From: Mobula hypostoma
Taxonomy: Eukaryota
Reading direction: 5' to 3'
Assembly (NCBI RefSeq): GCF_963921235.1
Contig: NC_086097.1
Location: 42,534,001-42,598,000 of the forward strand
Length of the DNA stretch: 64,000 nucleotides
Shown here: in pieces, positions 12,181-25,516 of the stretch
Numbering within the stretch: the first letter of the stretch is position 1
How the letters are laid out: every line of letters begins with the position of its first letter
Program-made: the position numbers and the translations under genes
The notes under the pieces: model-generated
Told to the model about the DNA's origin: nothing
The model's database searches: none
What the model saw: the letters and a program-made list of their open reading frames with translations, nothing else

Positions 12181-13030
12181 CTTACTCACTGCCCGTTATA
12201 CCGCTGGTGCTTGGGGCAGCAATGAAGGTCCTCTTTGTCTGTCTGTCCTTAGCCACCTTCTCTAACGTGCTCCAGATGTGGTTCCGAGTCCTCATTTCTG
12301 CCTCTACTGTACGGTGCCAAGTTCTCTTTGGTCTCCCATATTTCCTCTGCCCTTCAGATGTCCAATGACATGCTGTCTTGATGCTGGAGTTGGTCTGTCT
12401 TCTCATCACATGCCCAATCCATCTCCAGCATTTCCTCATGATGATTCTTTCCATGTCCTCTAGATGACACTGAAGGAGATCTTTGTTGGCCAAAAAACAC
12501 GGAGGATCTTCCGGAGGCTCGTGGTGCGGAATGACAACTGCTTGGCAAGGTTGCTGTCTATGATGCAACGGCATTCTGTCCCATAACGCCCAGTATGTGT
12601 AGGTTGTAACGACGCATTTCTGCAGTTACTTGTGCTAACTTGTACACGGTTTGCATAATCCAAAAACCTGTTTTGGTCTTGGTCTTGGCAGTGTTCAGGG
12701 CTTCCCTCATCATGCCAGTAGCTTCGTCATGTCAGCCATGCGAGTCCCGGGCACAGACTCAAGAATACTGTTGCACAAACAGTGACATAGAAGGATTTTT
12801 CATTGCTGTTTCCATAATCACTTATTTTGATTAGTTAGAGCTGTTAGCCCTGAACCTGGAGGACCGATGGACCACTCTTAGTCTGGCCTCTACCCTTTGA
12901 GCTGTTTGGGATGGTTGACCCCACTAAGAATCAAAGCACCAAGCCCTGACTCCAGCCAACATAGCTCTCTAGGTCATTGAGACACACAAACCTCCAGACC
13001 CTATGACAAAGTTGTGGTCATCTTGGAGGA
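12181..13030 (-). mobile_element. Internally deleted RTE (Expander/Rex3-like) element
   Basis: ORF 12182-12574 has WRWIGHVMRR...HWTSEGQRKYGRPKRTWHRTVEAEM (RTE C-terminus). RTE-like 5' UTR at 12830-13030. Degenerate TSD TGTGACAAATAA (12169-12180) / TGTGATATATAA (13031-13042). Confidence 0.8.
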
Positions 13031-14384
13031 TGTGATATATAAAGCTAATTGTTACCTTTATCACTGTCTAGATAAACCAAAGATATTGCCTGCCTTGCAA
13101 AGCAGTTTCACAATAAGCCCATGCACTTACCAACTGAGCCATATTGAGTATTTTTCTATTCTATTCTGTTCTACCTTATACACACCAGAAGGTGATCCGT
13201 AGAATGGAATTTGAACTCATTCCTTGGTTGCCATTATAATCTCTACAGGTTAACATTGGCAAAATGTTAGTGATGCATTCAAATACAGATTTCCCAGTTG
13301 TGTTTTACATTAATTCCAGCATTAATTTATCCTGCTTCATTGGCAAAATCATAAAACCATCACAGGACAAAAGGAGGCTATTCAGCACATGGAGCATAAA
13401 TACACATCAAAACAAAATTCTATAACATGTTATGCCATTGATATTGTTTCTTTAATACAAGGATATTAAAGTAATCTAAGGAATCACTGCGAGTGATAAA
13501 TATCGTATTCCTTAAAACACATAATTAGCTACATTTTACTCATGTTGTCAATTTTTATTATCAGTATTTGATTGAGTGACAATAACATGCATATTTTCTT
13601 AGGGATTTTAATTGCTTAGTGGGTATTAAAGCTGATAATTGTGTCAATCATATTGATGGAGCTGTCATATATTTTTGCTCAAGTTTCTAGACTTATTCCT
13701 GGGAATAAGCATTCAGCAGCACACAGACCAAGCACTAACATGTTTGTCTTTTCTTGCTAACTGCACTATCTAATGTACAATGTTTAAATTTACCAATGAT
13801 CGACATCTTTGCTGACTAAGACTGGCAGGAGACCAGGTGGGAGTAGAGTAGGGGAAAGGGGCTGTGGGTGAACCTTGCAGTCATTCTATCAATGTCAAGT
13901 ACAATGGAGGCAAACCAGCTGCAGGAGCAGGTTCAAAATGTACACTGCCAGGACTCAGTGTTACAGGATGCCATACAAATAAATCTATAAAGGTTTCAAC
14001 TACACATTTCACAATAAGAAACAGAAGAAACAGAAGCAGGAATAGGTCATACAGTCCCTTGTGTCTACTCCATCATTCAATAAATTGATCCTGGCCTCAA
14101 CATGATTTTCTTGTCTGATCCCCATAACCCTTGCTTCTTCAGTAGACAAAAAATCAATCTTACCCTACCTTAATGACTCCACCTCCACATCTCTCTGGGC
14201 CAGACAATTTCACAGATATTCACAACACTCTGGGAGAGAATATTCTTGCCGATTCCAGTCCTTCATCCTGAGACTCTACCCTTGAAATCTAAATGCAAGG
14301 GGAATTCTCACAGCATATATCCTGTTAAGAGCATTTGAACCCTGCTTCTTTTAATGATATCACCTCATTTTATTCTAAACTTCA

Positions 14385-15890
14385 GGGAATAGAGATTACA
14401 AATAGCGTAGATAAAGGGGATGCAGTGGATTTTGCATATTTGGACTTTTTAAAGGCCTTTGACAAGGTGCCACGCATGAGGCTGCTTTTTTGCCACATTT
14501 GCAGATGATACGAAGTAGTTGGTAAGACGTTGGAGTCAATTGTTAAAGGTGAGGTTATGGAGTACTTGGTGACACAGGACAAGATAGGACAACATGAGCA
14601 TGGTTTCTTTAAGGGAAAATCTTACCTGATGAGCCTGTTAGAATTCTTTGAGGAGATTACACATCGGATAGATAAAGGGGATGCAGTGCATGTTGTATAT
14701 TTGGACTTTCAGAAGACCTTTGACAAGGTGCCACACATGAGGCTGCTAACCAAGTCAAGAGTTCATGGTATTACAATGAAGTTACGGGCATGGTTAGAGC
14801 ATTGACTGATTGGTAGGAGGCAGAGAGTAGGAATAAAAGGATCCTTTTCTGGTTGGCTGCAAGTGGCAAGTGGTGTTCCGTAGGGGTCAGTGTTGGGACC
14901 ACTTCTTTTTATGCTGTAGATCAATGATTTAGAATGGAATAGATGACTTTGTTGCTAAGTTTGCAGATGATATGAAGATTGGTGGAGGGGCAGGTAGTAT
15001 TGAGGAAAAAGTAGGCTGCAGAAGGACTTAGACAGATTAGGAGAATGGGCAAGAAAGTGGCAAATGAAATATAATGTTGGAAAATGCATGGTCAGGCACT
15101 TTGGTAGAAGAAATAAATGTGCAGGCTATTTTCTAAACGAGGAGAAAATCAAAAAATCTGCAATGCAAAGGGACTTGGGAGTCCTTGTGCAGAACACCTT
15201 AAAGGTAAACTTGCAGATTGAGTTGGTGGTGAGGAAGGCAAATGCAGTGTTAGCATTCATTTCAAGAGGTCGAGAATATAAGAACAGGGAAGTGATGCTG
15301 AGGCTTTATAAGGCACAGGTGAGGCCTCACCTAAAGTATTGTGAACAGTTTTGTGCTCCTCATCTAAAAAAAGATGTGCTGGCATTGAAGAGGGTCCAGA
15401 GGAGGTTCACAAGGATGATTCTGGGAATGAAAGGGTTATCATACAAGGAACGTTTGATGGCTCTGGGTCTGTACTCACTGGAATTTAGAAGGATAAAGGG
15501 GAATCTCTTTGAAACCTTTCAAATGTTGAAAGGCCTATACAGAGTAGATGTGGAAAGAATGTTTCCTATGGTGGGGGAGCCTAGAGCAAGAGACCACAGC
15601 CCCAGGATAGAGGGGCATCCATTTAAAACAGAGATGCAGAGAAATTTCTTTAGCCAGAGGGTGGTAAATTGTGGAACTTGTTACCAGAGATAGCTGTAGA
15701 GGCCAGGTCATTGGGTGTGTTTAAGGCAGAGCTTGATAGGTTCTTGATTGGACACGGCATCAAAGGTTACGGGGAGAAGTCCTGGGAGTGGGGCTGAGGA
15801 GGGGAAAAAAGGATCACCCATAATTGAATGGTGGAGCAGTCTTGATGGGCCAAATGGCCTATTCCTGCTCATATGTCTTATGGTCTTATA
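14385..15890 (+). mobile_element. CR1 LINE, 5'-truncated (RT C-terminal half), preceded by a short duplicated RT segment
   Basis: VVYLDFQKTFDKVPHMRLL, KFADD, VRPHLKYCEQF and RNFFSQRVVN (ORFs 14530-14805 and 15064-15693); (TCTTATGG) tail. Confidence 0.92.
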
Positions 15891-15954
15891 AGTTAATCTC
15901 TCATCCAAGAAATAAATTTAGTACACTGCATCAGCATACCTTGCCATAAATGGT

Positions 15955-16365
15955 TGAGTGATCTCAGCCTTTTCTCCTTGGGGCAACGGAGGATGAGAGG
16001 TGACCTGATAGAGGTGTGCAAGATAATGAGAAAGCATTGATCACGTGGATAGTCAGAGGCTTTTTCCCAGGTCTGAAATGGCCAGCACAAGAGGGCATAG
16101 TTTTAAGGTGCTTGGAAGTAGGTATAGAGGAGACATCAGTGGTAAGTTTTTTACACAGAGAGTGGTGAGTGCGTGGAATGGGCTGCGGGCGGCGGTGGTG
16201 GAGTCGGAAACGATAGGGTCTTTTAAGAGACTCCTGGATAGGTACATGGAGCTTAGAAAAACAGAGGGCTATGGGTAAGCCTAGGTAGTTCTAAGGTAAA
16301 AACATGTTCAGCACAGCTTTGTGGGTCGAAGGGCCTGTATTGTGCTGTAGGTTTTCTATGTTTCT
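15955..16365 (+). mobile_element. CR1 LINE 3' end (different subfamily)
   Basis: TRGHSFKVLGSRYRGDISGKFFTQRVVSAWNGL; (TTCTATGT) tail. Confidence 0.88.
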
Positions 16366-19300
16366 AAATAAGGAGACCAAAAGTGCATGGAGCTCATACA
16401 ATGTGACCACCTTTTCAAATAAAGAGCAACATTCTGAAGCTTTCCTGATTATTTTCTGTACTTGAGTGTTATTTATTTCATTGGGAGGCTCAGAACAGAG
16501 TCATTGCTGTTAGAGCACAGTGGGAGTAAGTGTGCACCATTATCATGCAGGGGTGGGAATTTCTGAGCTGGCTGCTCTGGGACTGTGCTGCCCACTATTT
16601 TCAAGCTCAAGGCTGGAGTAGTGGCCTTCAGGATGGTATAAGAGAGAGTGGAGTTTCTCTGGCCACCTTTCCAGTGAACGGTACCGAAATGTCAGATTTT
16701 GCTAAAATCTGGTGCAGCTCCAGTGTCACCCACTGGTCAGAACATTTCTGGTTTATTGCTTTTTTTTATCAGAGAGACAGGGAAATAATCACCATAAATG
16801 CATTTGGATATATTGCTGCTGATTTTCACCTTACACCATCACTTCATTATATTGATCAGTTGATCAGGAGCTGCACTGTTGTGTTGTTTTTACATAAAAT
16901 TAGTTTTGATGTATCTACATTTCACTTTTAATGAGCTGGTTCCCTTCGCCCCATACGGCCATCCCTCTAAACCCCTCAACCCACAAACTTAGCTCCATCA
17001 CCCCTCACCTGTCTCCACGGCTTCCCGTATCTTCACTACACCTCCTCTGTGCTATTTGTAGTTTTAACCAAGATGTAAAACTACTTGATATATCTTCTTC
17101 TTCATCAACAATTCCATGTTTGAGCTGATGCAGTGCATGTTATTTATAGCTGTTACTATCAGTGGGAGTTATTGAATAGCCATTGAGAAGACCTGCAATA
17201 ATGATTAGCCACTTAGTCTGCTCAATCATACATTGGTGAGAATGTCACTTATGCAGCTGAGGCCCAAGAATGTGTTATTAGACAACCGATACAAGAGAGA
17301 AAACAAATAATTCCTGCTTAATGCACAAGAGCACATGAAACCCCTTTTTCCATCTGCTGGAGGCTAAGACACAGGTTAATTCATCTTCTCATTAACTGAC
17401 CTGAATTGTAATTAAAGAGACTATTTTCTTCTAACAAATTCATCACCTGCTCTATGATCTAAGTGATGGTAACATCAAATGTTGTTCACACTGGAAAGGC
17501 TTCCTGATTTCCTCCTGCTGTTGTTTGAGATTTCAGAAAAACAATTTTCCTTTCACTTACACACTATTCTAAACAAAATCATTCTAACCTTCAGATTCAA
17601 TGTTCTCCAACATGCAGAATTGCAGTCCATAATTCTGTAGTGGTGAATATTTTCAATTTGAGTTGAATTCTGATAGGAAGATCTGTGAAGCTTATGTAGA
17701 GTCTGTCACTGTTTTATGAACAGTTAGATGTGAAGCCCAATGCCAGAATTTATTTGAACTGTTTAAATTCAGGAGAAAAAAATCATTAGGATTAAAATAT
17801 GAAAATCAAAACCTGCTTCCCATGATGAATTTTGTTATTGCATTGGTATTCTTTGTAAATCCATGCACAACTTGACTAGATCTACAAACCCATCAAATGA
17901 ATGAATGCTTGTTAAAGCAAGACAACAACAGCACACTTACCAGTGGCCAGCATGGATTGAAAAGGCAAGTTTTCCACTGTAGATGAAAGGATATCAATTA
18001 AATGCATTGTTCTTGCTATTCAGAACAAACCTTGGAATGGTGTAAAAGATAAGAAATACCATTACTTGTTAAAAGAATTATATTGGAATGAGTGGGAAAC
18101 TATTAAATGGGTCATTTCCAAGCTGAGACATGTAAAATACATAAAAAATTAGCCTCCCGGCCTCATAATAACACTTACATAGCCAAACACATGCTATCTT
18201 CAACCTCGCCATTTTGAGCTAAATCTAGAAGTAGTCAGCTTGAAGATGCGCTGGAATCAAGCTTGAGATTTAACCATTTTTGCATCTCATTTGAATCTCA
18301 GTCCAGGCCCTTTTGGTAGGTAGCATTAACCCTCAAAGCTTTTGCAACAACATTAAGTTGGACAAGGTTGAAAATCAGGAATTCTAAAGTCCCTTCCAAA
18401 TTATACCTTGACACCTGCATGTCCAAAAGCAAACAATATTGTGGACATCACTCACCCAGTCAAAAGATCCTTTAAGCCCTTTGTCACAAGCATACGTCAG
18501 AGTGCTGCCAGGCTTTTCTACCAATGTGTCTGAATGTACCTGAACTTCAAGCTCCCCTGGAAGCAGATGTTAAGTTGACATGACAAACAGATGCAGATTC
18601 GCATTAATTTTCTTTCTATCCACAGGGCTGCCAAGATGGCAAAACATACTAAAAGTGAGCATGCTTTCTTCCATGATAATTCGATGACTAATTCTTGCCA
18701 AGGGTAAATTATACTCTTAAATTTTGAATTATGTTATTTTATATATGTTTACTGTAATTGTTTTGCACAAAGCAAAATACAGTGCAGAGCACAAGTAGAT
18801 CCCACTCTGCTCAGTTGTTGATATACTGTATGTTTATTGAGAAGTACTTGTTAAAGACCGTAAAGTCTCGCAGTTCTTCTGTTTATTAACTGTCCTGTGA
18901 AAGACCCTGGAACATTTTTAGTAAAAGTTATAGATGCCACATAAATAGACATTGTTGCTGTTCTTTGGAGCTTCGGACACATCTGTTATATATGCAAATC
19001 TGGATCCTTTGTCAATAGCAGGAGTGTGTGTAATTTTTGGGTAAAATGGGAGGCTAGTGCACCCTTCACACTCGGCCCATTTGCAACCTGCAAGGCATGA
19101 ATTAACCAGCAGTCCTTAAAACTAGTAGCTGCATGGGAAAAGGCCTGGTTTTTGTGCAATATAAACTGTATGGCCAGGAGGATATGTGTGCCTCCTATCT
19201 CCATAGAAATATTACGGCCTGCCAATGGCAGGTGCTTGAGTTCTTCACCTGGTTCGTTTTTCCTTCTGTACTAGGCCTGAACTATTGTCTGATTCTACAT

Positions 19301-20289
19301 GGAAGCCAGTCATATTCCCAATCTCCCACAACTTCCATTACTTGAGGACATTGGTTTGAGAAACGCATAGCCTCCTGATACTGGGCTTCTGTTCATTCCT
19401 GGTGCCTTGACTTTTCCTTATTTCCTTGTTTGCAATTAAATTCTCCACTTCCTGAAACATAGGTAATTCATATAATCCTGGGAATGTGATTGTTTTTTGA
19501 AGAACTGTAGCATGTGAACAGGGCAGAACTAGTTAGCTTGTATACAAGTTGACAACAGCAACAATGCTGTCGCTAAGTGTAAGCTTTTCTTTCATTTCAT
19601 TTCATAACATATTATTGTTCAATTCCAGGTGGACAACTACTTCAATACTCCTCACCCCTTCAGTAATATATGCCTAATCTTCATCCACAGCAGTCAACAC
19701 ATGCACATTTGCAATCTATATAGAAGAAATACTAACAGCAATCCTACCGCAGGACAATTGATAATTTTGTAAATAAAGGTTCATGTTTATTTCTTCAGAA
19801 TGAAATCTTATTTCCACAAAAGCAGTATTGTTGTTGCCATTAAAACAGTTCTATATTAGTTCCGTTTCGGTGTTGTGAGACACTCAATGTTGGAATTTTT
19901 ATTCTACAATTCATAGCTCTAAGGAATAACTTCTGGTAGAAAGGGGAATGGGAATATGGGGAGAGGAGACAGTACACCAATAAGACACTGTTGTGTGGTT
20001 CTGTATTTTATAATTTCGCCATTGCCCCTAAATTAACTCCTCTACCTTCCACAAATGTAACTGCTTTGCAGTTAGGAGACGCTAAGCCCATGTAAACCAA
20101 CAAATGCATTTGTTTTGCATATAATATAAACATAAAGTTTGTTCATCAGATTTAGTCTAATCTTTAGCCGCTTGTGACATCAAACACAGCTAATCATGCA
20201 ACCATATCACTTCTGATAGAGGGCTAGTTGCAGGACTATGTATCCACTCAGACGTGCAACTCTAATTGTAGTGAGGGGGAGATCTCAGA

Positions 20290-20518
20290 ATTAGAATTTG
20301 AATCAGGTTTACTGTCTCTGACATATATCATGAAATTTGTTATTTTGTTGCAGCAGTACAGTGCAATACCTGAAATATACTATAAATTACAATAAGAAAT
20401 ATTATTAAAAATGATATTATCTAGTCTAAAAAGAGAGCAAAAATACCGAAGTAGTGTTCATGGGATCATGGTGCGTTCAGAAATCTGATGGTGGAAGGGA
20501 AGAAGCTGTCCTGATACG

Positions 20519-20565
<47 letters not shown>

Positions 20566-21023
20566 TGTCTGTCTGTCTGTCTGTCTGTCTTTAGGTCCTG
20601 TACTTCCCCTCTAATGAGAAGAGAAGAGAACAAGGATCCTTAATGATGGATGCTGGCCTTTCTCTGGGATCTCCTTTCCGAGATGTCCTTGATGCGGGGA
20701 AGCTAGTGCCCGGCTGAGTTTGCATCTTCCTGCAGCATTTTCCAATCCTGTGCGGCGGCCCCCTCCATACCAGACAGTCATGCAACCTGTTAGAATGTGG
20801 TCCGTAGTACATCTGTAAAAGTTTGCTGAAGTCTTTGGTGACATATCAAACCACCTCAAACTCATGAAGTAATACACCCTCTGTCAGGCTTTCTTAGTAA
20901 TTGCATCAATATATTGGGCCCAAGATAGATCTAGAGAGATGTTGACACCCACGAATTCTTTGCACTGCTGATCCCTCAATGAAGAATGGTGTGCGTATCC
21001 TCAATGTACCCTTCCTGAAGTCT
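20290..21023 (-). mobile_element. Rex1/Babar LINE 3' part; an upstream piece is at ~23345-23450
   Basis: NFYRCTTDHILTGCMTVWYG (ORF 20611-20877); (GATTCT/AATTCT) tail. Confidence 0.85.
20521..20590. repeat. Compound microsatellite (GT)n(CTGT)n
   Basis: Read directly. Confidence 0.97.
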
Positions 21024-23340
21024 TGTACTGTTCGTTTGCCCATAAGTACTGATGAGACCCAAACTCAGGAGACAGAACAAAACCAGAACACAAACTAAAC
21101 CTTTATTCAGTAAAAGCACTCAACTAAAGAACTCAACGGTGTTTCCCAAAGCACGATTATTTAAACGACTTAACCAAGAATGTACGAGACTTTGTTGGGA
21201 ACAACAACCAATCAGTGAAAGTCAGCCTGGGATTGGTTGTCAGCCAATCAATAAGTGGTTGTTTCAGCTCACTGTAACACCTCCCTCTTGAAGATGATTA
21301 CCTGTAGGATTTGAGCCAAGGTTGATTTGGATTGGAACAATCGGCTTGCACTGGTAATCAGTCCTCCTTAGTGGTCGCAGGCTGTCACTCCCACCTCACA
21401 ATGTTGCTTGTGGCTATGCTGGCGCTGGTGGCTGATTCAGTCAGGATAACTCAAACCCTTCCAGGAGGAGGTGAAGATCCAGTTTCACATTTGATGATCT
21501 GCCTGATGAACCTGTTGTGCCTTCTAGAGCACGTGGACACAACTAGTTGATGTGGCACTGCCATTGACGTCCATCTGTGATAACTTTGCAGAGAACTTTC
21601 CCCATTCTTTTGACATCTGACCTGATAACTAGGGGTCTGGAACATTGCAATACTGTCTGGCCAACACTGCAACTCTTGGCTTGAGTGGCTTCACCCATCG
21701 ACCAAGGGCAATGTGGCTGCTTCTGAGTACCTGGCCATCTGCTACATCAGATGTTGGACGCTATGGCAGCATTACATTCGAAACTGTGTGCCGTGTTCTT
21801 CCCAGCTGGAGACTTCCCTCTGAGGCCTGGATGTGTTGTAATTCGATATGTCAGCAGAAATATGTTGAGAGCATCAACTGATGCTCCATCCCCTTTTGAT
21901 TTCAGAAGTGAAGGTATCCATAAACCTGTCGCTTGGCCGCTGGACTCTTGATGACGGCCCAGCGAATTGTCAGGATGGAGCTCCCAGGACTGGATACCAT
22001 CTATTCCAGCAGACTCAGGAGGAAAACAATCAGCATAACCACAGACACCACACACCCCGGCCACTCCCTGTCTGACCCGCTGCCATCCAACAAAAAGTTC
22101 AGGACACTAAAAGCCAGAACAAGTAGACTGAGGAACAGCTGTGGCCTCCATCACACCACTCCCACGGAACAATGACTGAAACTGTGAGCACACACATGCA
22201 GACACAGGGACTCAAATACTTGCACTAACGGCACTTTGTGCATTACTGTGAAATTCTGGTGCTGCTGCAACTTATTTTCTGCTACTTATCTATTTAATGC
22301 TGTTCTTCTATTACTGTCTTGTTTATATCTACCACTTTATTTAATTACCTGAGAGGAAGCCAAACAAAGTTTCATTGTACCTACATATAATGACAATAAA
22401 GATCATTCAATTCAATTCAATATCGGGGTGAGCAGATGTGGACATCTGCTGTTCTGGGAAAATGGAGCAAACTGCTGTGAACTAAATTGAGTGCCATTGA
22501 ATGTTAAATGTTTCTACCACTCCAGGGAGGATGTAGATCTACAGTGGATGTTGAATTGTAGCCTCTGTCACTGTTGATCTGTTCATAGGTTATCCTTCTG
22601 GCCATTTGGAATTGGCATCAACCAGGACAAGGGAGCTTCACCCATTGATTGGGCCAGTGATGTCAATATGTGCACGACTCCAAGATCTGGTAGCTGAGGC
22701 CCTGGCTGTGGAGCAGCTTTATTTGGATTCTTTGCTGCCATAGAACACCGATTACACTGCTCGCACATGGGTGTGATACCTTTAACTATGCCCAGCCACT
22801 ACACAGAGCTTCTTGCCTGATCTTTCATTTGATTGATACCAGAGTGGCCACAGTGGAATGTTCTCAGTACTTTTGGTTGAAGTGTTTGTGGAATCATTAT
22901 TCTATCTTCAAACATTAGGCAGGGGTTCGCAGTTGAGAGCGATGCATGACATCAGTAGAAGGGTAAAACATCTTCCTCAACTTTGACTGGCCGTCCATCA
23001 ATGAGGTATTCAGAGATGCTGAAGAGGAGGGTCTGCAGCTGTATCTGCTCTGATCTTGTCAATCATGCAGCATCCAAACAACCCATGGACTTCACAATCA
23101 ACTGAAATCGCAGCCACAACTGCATCTTCGTTTTAGTAATCAGCTGATTAATAAGTCTGGACAGGGCATCTGCCTCACAAGTTCATGGGTTAATGTGTAC
23201 TTGATTTCAAAATTGTAGGCTAATAACATCATTGCCCACTTTGGAAGACAGTTAGCTGTTTACTCTGGGATGCTTTTCTTAGACCTGAAGATGGACAACA
23301 ATGGCTTGTGATCAGTAAGGAGAGTGAAGTATCTGGTATA
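21024..23340 (-). mobile_element. Decayed Ty3/Gypsy LTR retrotransposon (RNase H - integrase - PPT - 3' LTR)
   Basis: FTLLTDHKPLLSIF...WAMMLLAYNFEIKY (RNase H end); FHCGHSGINQMKDQARSSV..CEQCNRC (integrase Zn finger); NGTQFSSQQF and SPRYQESSGQA (integrase core); PPT AAGAGGGAGG (21280-21289); LTR TG...CA at 21024-21279 with AATAAA. Confidence 0.85.
21950..22420 (+). mobile_element. Rex1/Babar 3' fragment inserted in the Gypsy integrase
   Basis: TAQRIV...DTTHPGHSLSDPLPSNKKFRTLKARTSRLRNS; (ATTCA)n tail. Confidence 0.85.
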
Positions 23341-25516
23341 ATTGTCACCCTTTTGAAGCAGGTGAGAACCACCAACTACACCAGTGAGATATTGAAGATG
23401 TTCTTGAACTCCCAACAGTTGGTTGGCACAGGTTTTTGGTGCCTGAAATGTGTACGAAGAAAGTTATTTCCAATGAACTCTTCCTAGGGAATTTCTTCCA
23501 CTGAAATATCTGCAGAGTCCCTTGAGGAAACCAAAGACTACTTTTCCAAGTTTCTTCAGCTCTCCATTGTTAAAGATCATCCAGTTAAATTTCCATAATG
23601 TCTGGTAACAACTTGACAGGTTTATTGCCTGCTATTTCCTACTAGGTTAAGATCCACGAATGAAAAACCTGATAGGGAATCATTCCAATGGTGCAATTTT
23701 ACACCACTGCCGACAGTTAACTTTGATTGATGTGACCTCAGAGTACGTTTACCCTGAATTCCTCCAGTCAAGGATTCCAAAATGTGACAATTATGTTAAG
23801 TTCATTTCAAAATACCTTTTATTTTCTTAGAGAAAACATAAGGTGATATTTGGTAATAAAGGTTAATATTTCCAGCTTGTATATTGAAACTAAATTTAGA
23901 AAGACCTCCTTTTGCACATCAACATATTTAATAGACGACTCCATGGGCAACAATGTTACCTTAATTATTTTAGTTTTCAAGTACTACACTTGTTCTTGGC
24001 AAATAATATTAATTCAGGAGAAGTAATTCAGTAATTATTTTAAGTGAATTGATTTTCTTCCCTTTATTCCCACAGATGCTTCCCTCTGCCACTTGGCACC
24101 TTCCTGTTGAAAGCACAGGTGCTCAGAGGTCTAAGTTCCTCCACGGTTTGTCAACTTCATTCTATGACTGCCCAATCAAAAATATATTTCTGATGAGATA
24201 GCACAACTGTGTGGTGCTCCTTGTCCATCCTCAACTCAAGAAGGTGTATTCCATTAAACTGGGAGGGTATTATAGCCAAGGCAACAGAATTGAATCCCAG
24301 TCAGTGGTAGGTGCTTTTGATTGCCAGTCTGTCTGCACAGATCCACCCACAGCTCCCTCCAAGCAGTGTTCTGCTCCCTGTTAAATTAAAGCCCTTGAAT
24401 TATTCTCAAAAGCTACATGCTTAGTATTACTAGACTGTATAATTAATGAAAAAGCAAGACATAGTTTGAATGCCAATTCATTAGAGCAGGTAAAGGTCTC
24501 AAGAGCTGGCTTGCCTATTAAGTCTGATAGCCTCAAATACACAACAAAGAACAAGATCACTTAAGCTATAATTTTTGCTTGTTTTTGAAGATATTGGTTT
24601 ATAAATATAAAGAACGGGGTTATTTATACACAGGCAGAATCATAAAAAAATTACTTGGAAAGGAGAAGATTTGTCTGCACATCGATGATCTATTGCCCTC
24701 CACTGGATAACATTTGTATAAACTGTTTAACACACAATACCATGTATGCATCCACCAAGCAAAATTTCTCAATGTTCACGGCTCTAGTAGCAATTTTGGA
24801 CACCAGAAAACATAACGAGCATAGACAATCCAAAAATTATTGTCATAGGGTCCACCATGCTGGATATATAGAATGATAATTTGGCAAGAAGTAATTTCAA
24901 ATAACTCTATTATCAAATGCTTAACACAATGATTGATGCATCTTAATGCATGTATATATGTGCAGGCTAAGTTGTTTCCCAAAACTTAAAAGGAATCTAT
25001 TGATTATTTTAGCTCTAACATTCTAACTTCTCCAATTTAGTTTGCAGACCTAATGAGATTGAAACCTACAACCTTCTACAAAAATAGTTGTACTTCACTG
25101 ATCTTCCAAGGTTGTGAAAGTCACTGTAAAAATGAAGTCTTCCTTTTCTTTTCTGTTCCTGTCTATAGGTTTGAGGCCACTTCTCCACCAGCTGCACTTC
25201 TCAATGACAATCTGTTTAATTTTTTTTTTCATTAGCTATTAGCCATTTTGATTTAAGGCATCGCACAAAATTTCTGGTGTTTTTATGAATAGAAAGTTCG
25301 TAAACCTGAGTCCTGAACTTTCTCAGGACCTAACTTTTCACAGGAAATTACACAACATGGTTTGCCATTGATTCCTGCATTTCCAGTTGGTTTTAAAGGA
25401 GTTTTTTGAGGCTTAAAAAATTTGAATACTGAGGTACACAGTGGCAGATCTAGAATAATTTATAGCAGAGAGATATATATATTCACATAGCTTGTACCCG
25501 GAAATTTGGCGAGAAG

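Noticed and set aside
13131..13243. Minus-strand exon with a TTG|gtaagt donor
   Set aside because: All three frames contain stops from the nearest acceptor.
25169..25220. Resemblance of RFEATSPPAALLNDNLF to a remembered CATSPERB segment
   Set aside because: Short match from memory, no good donor in that frame, and no other CATSPERB-like exons seen.
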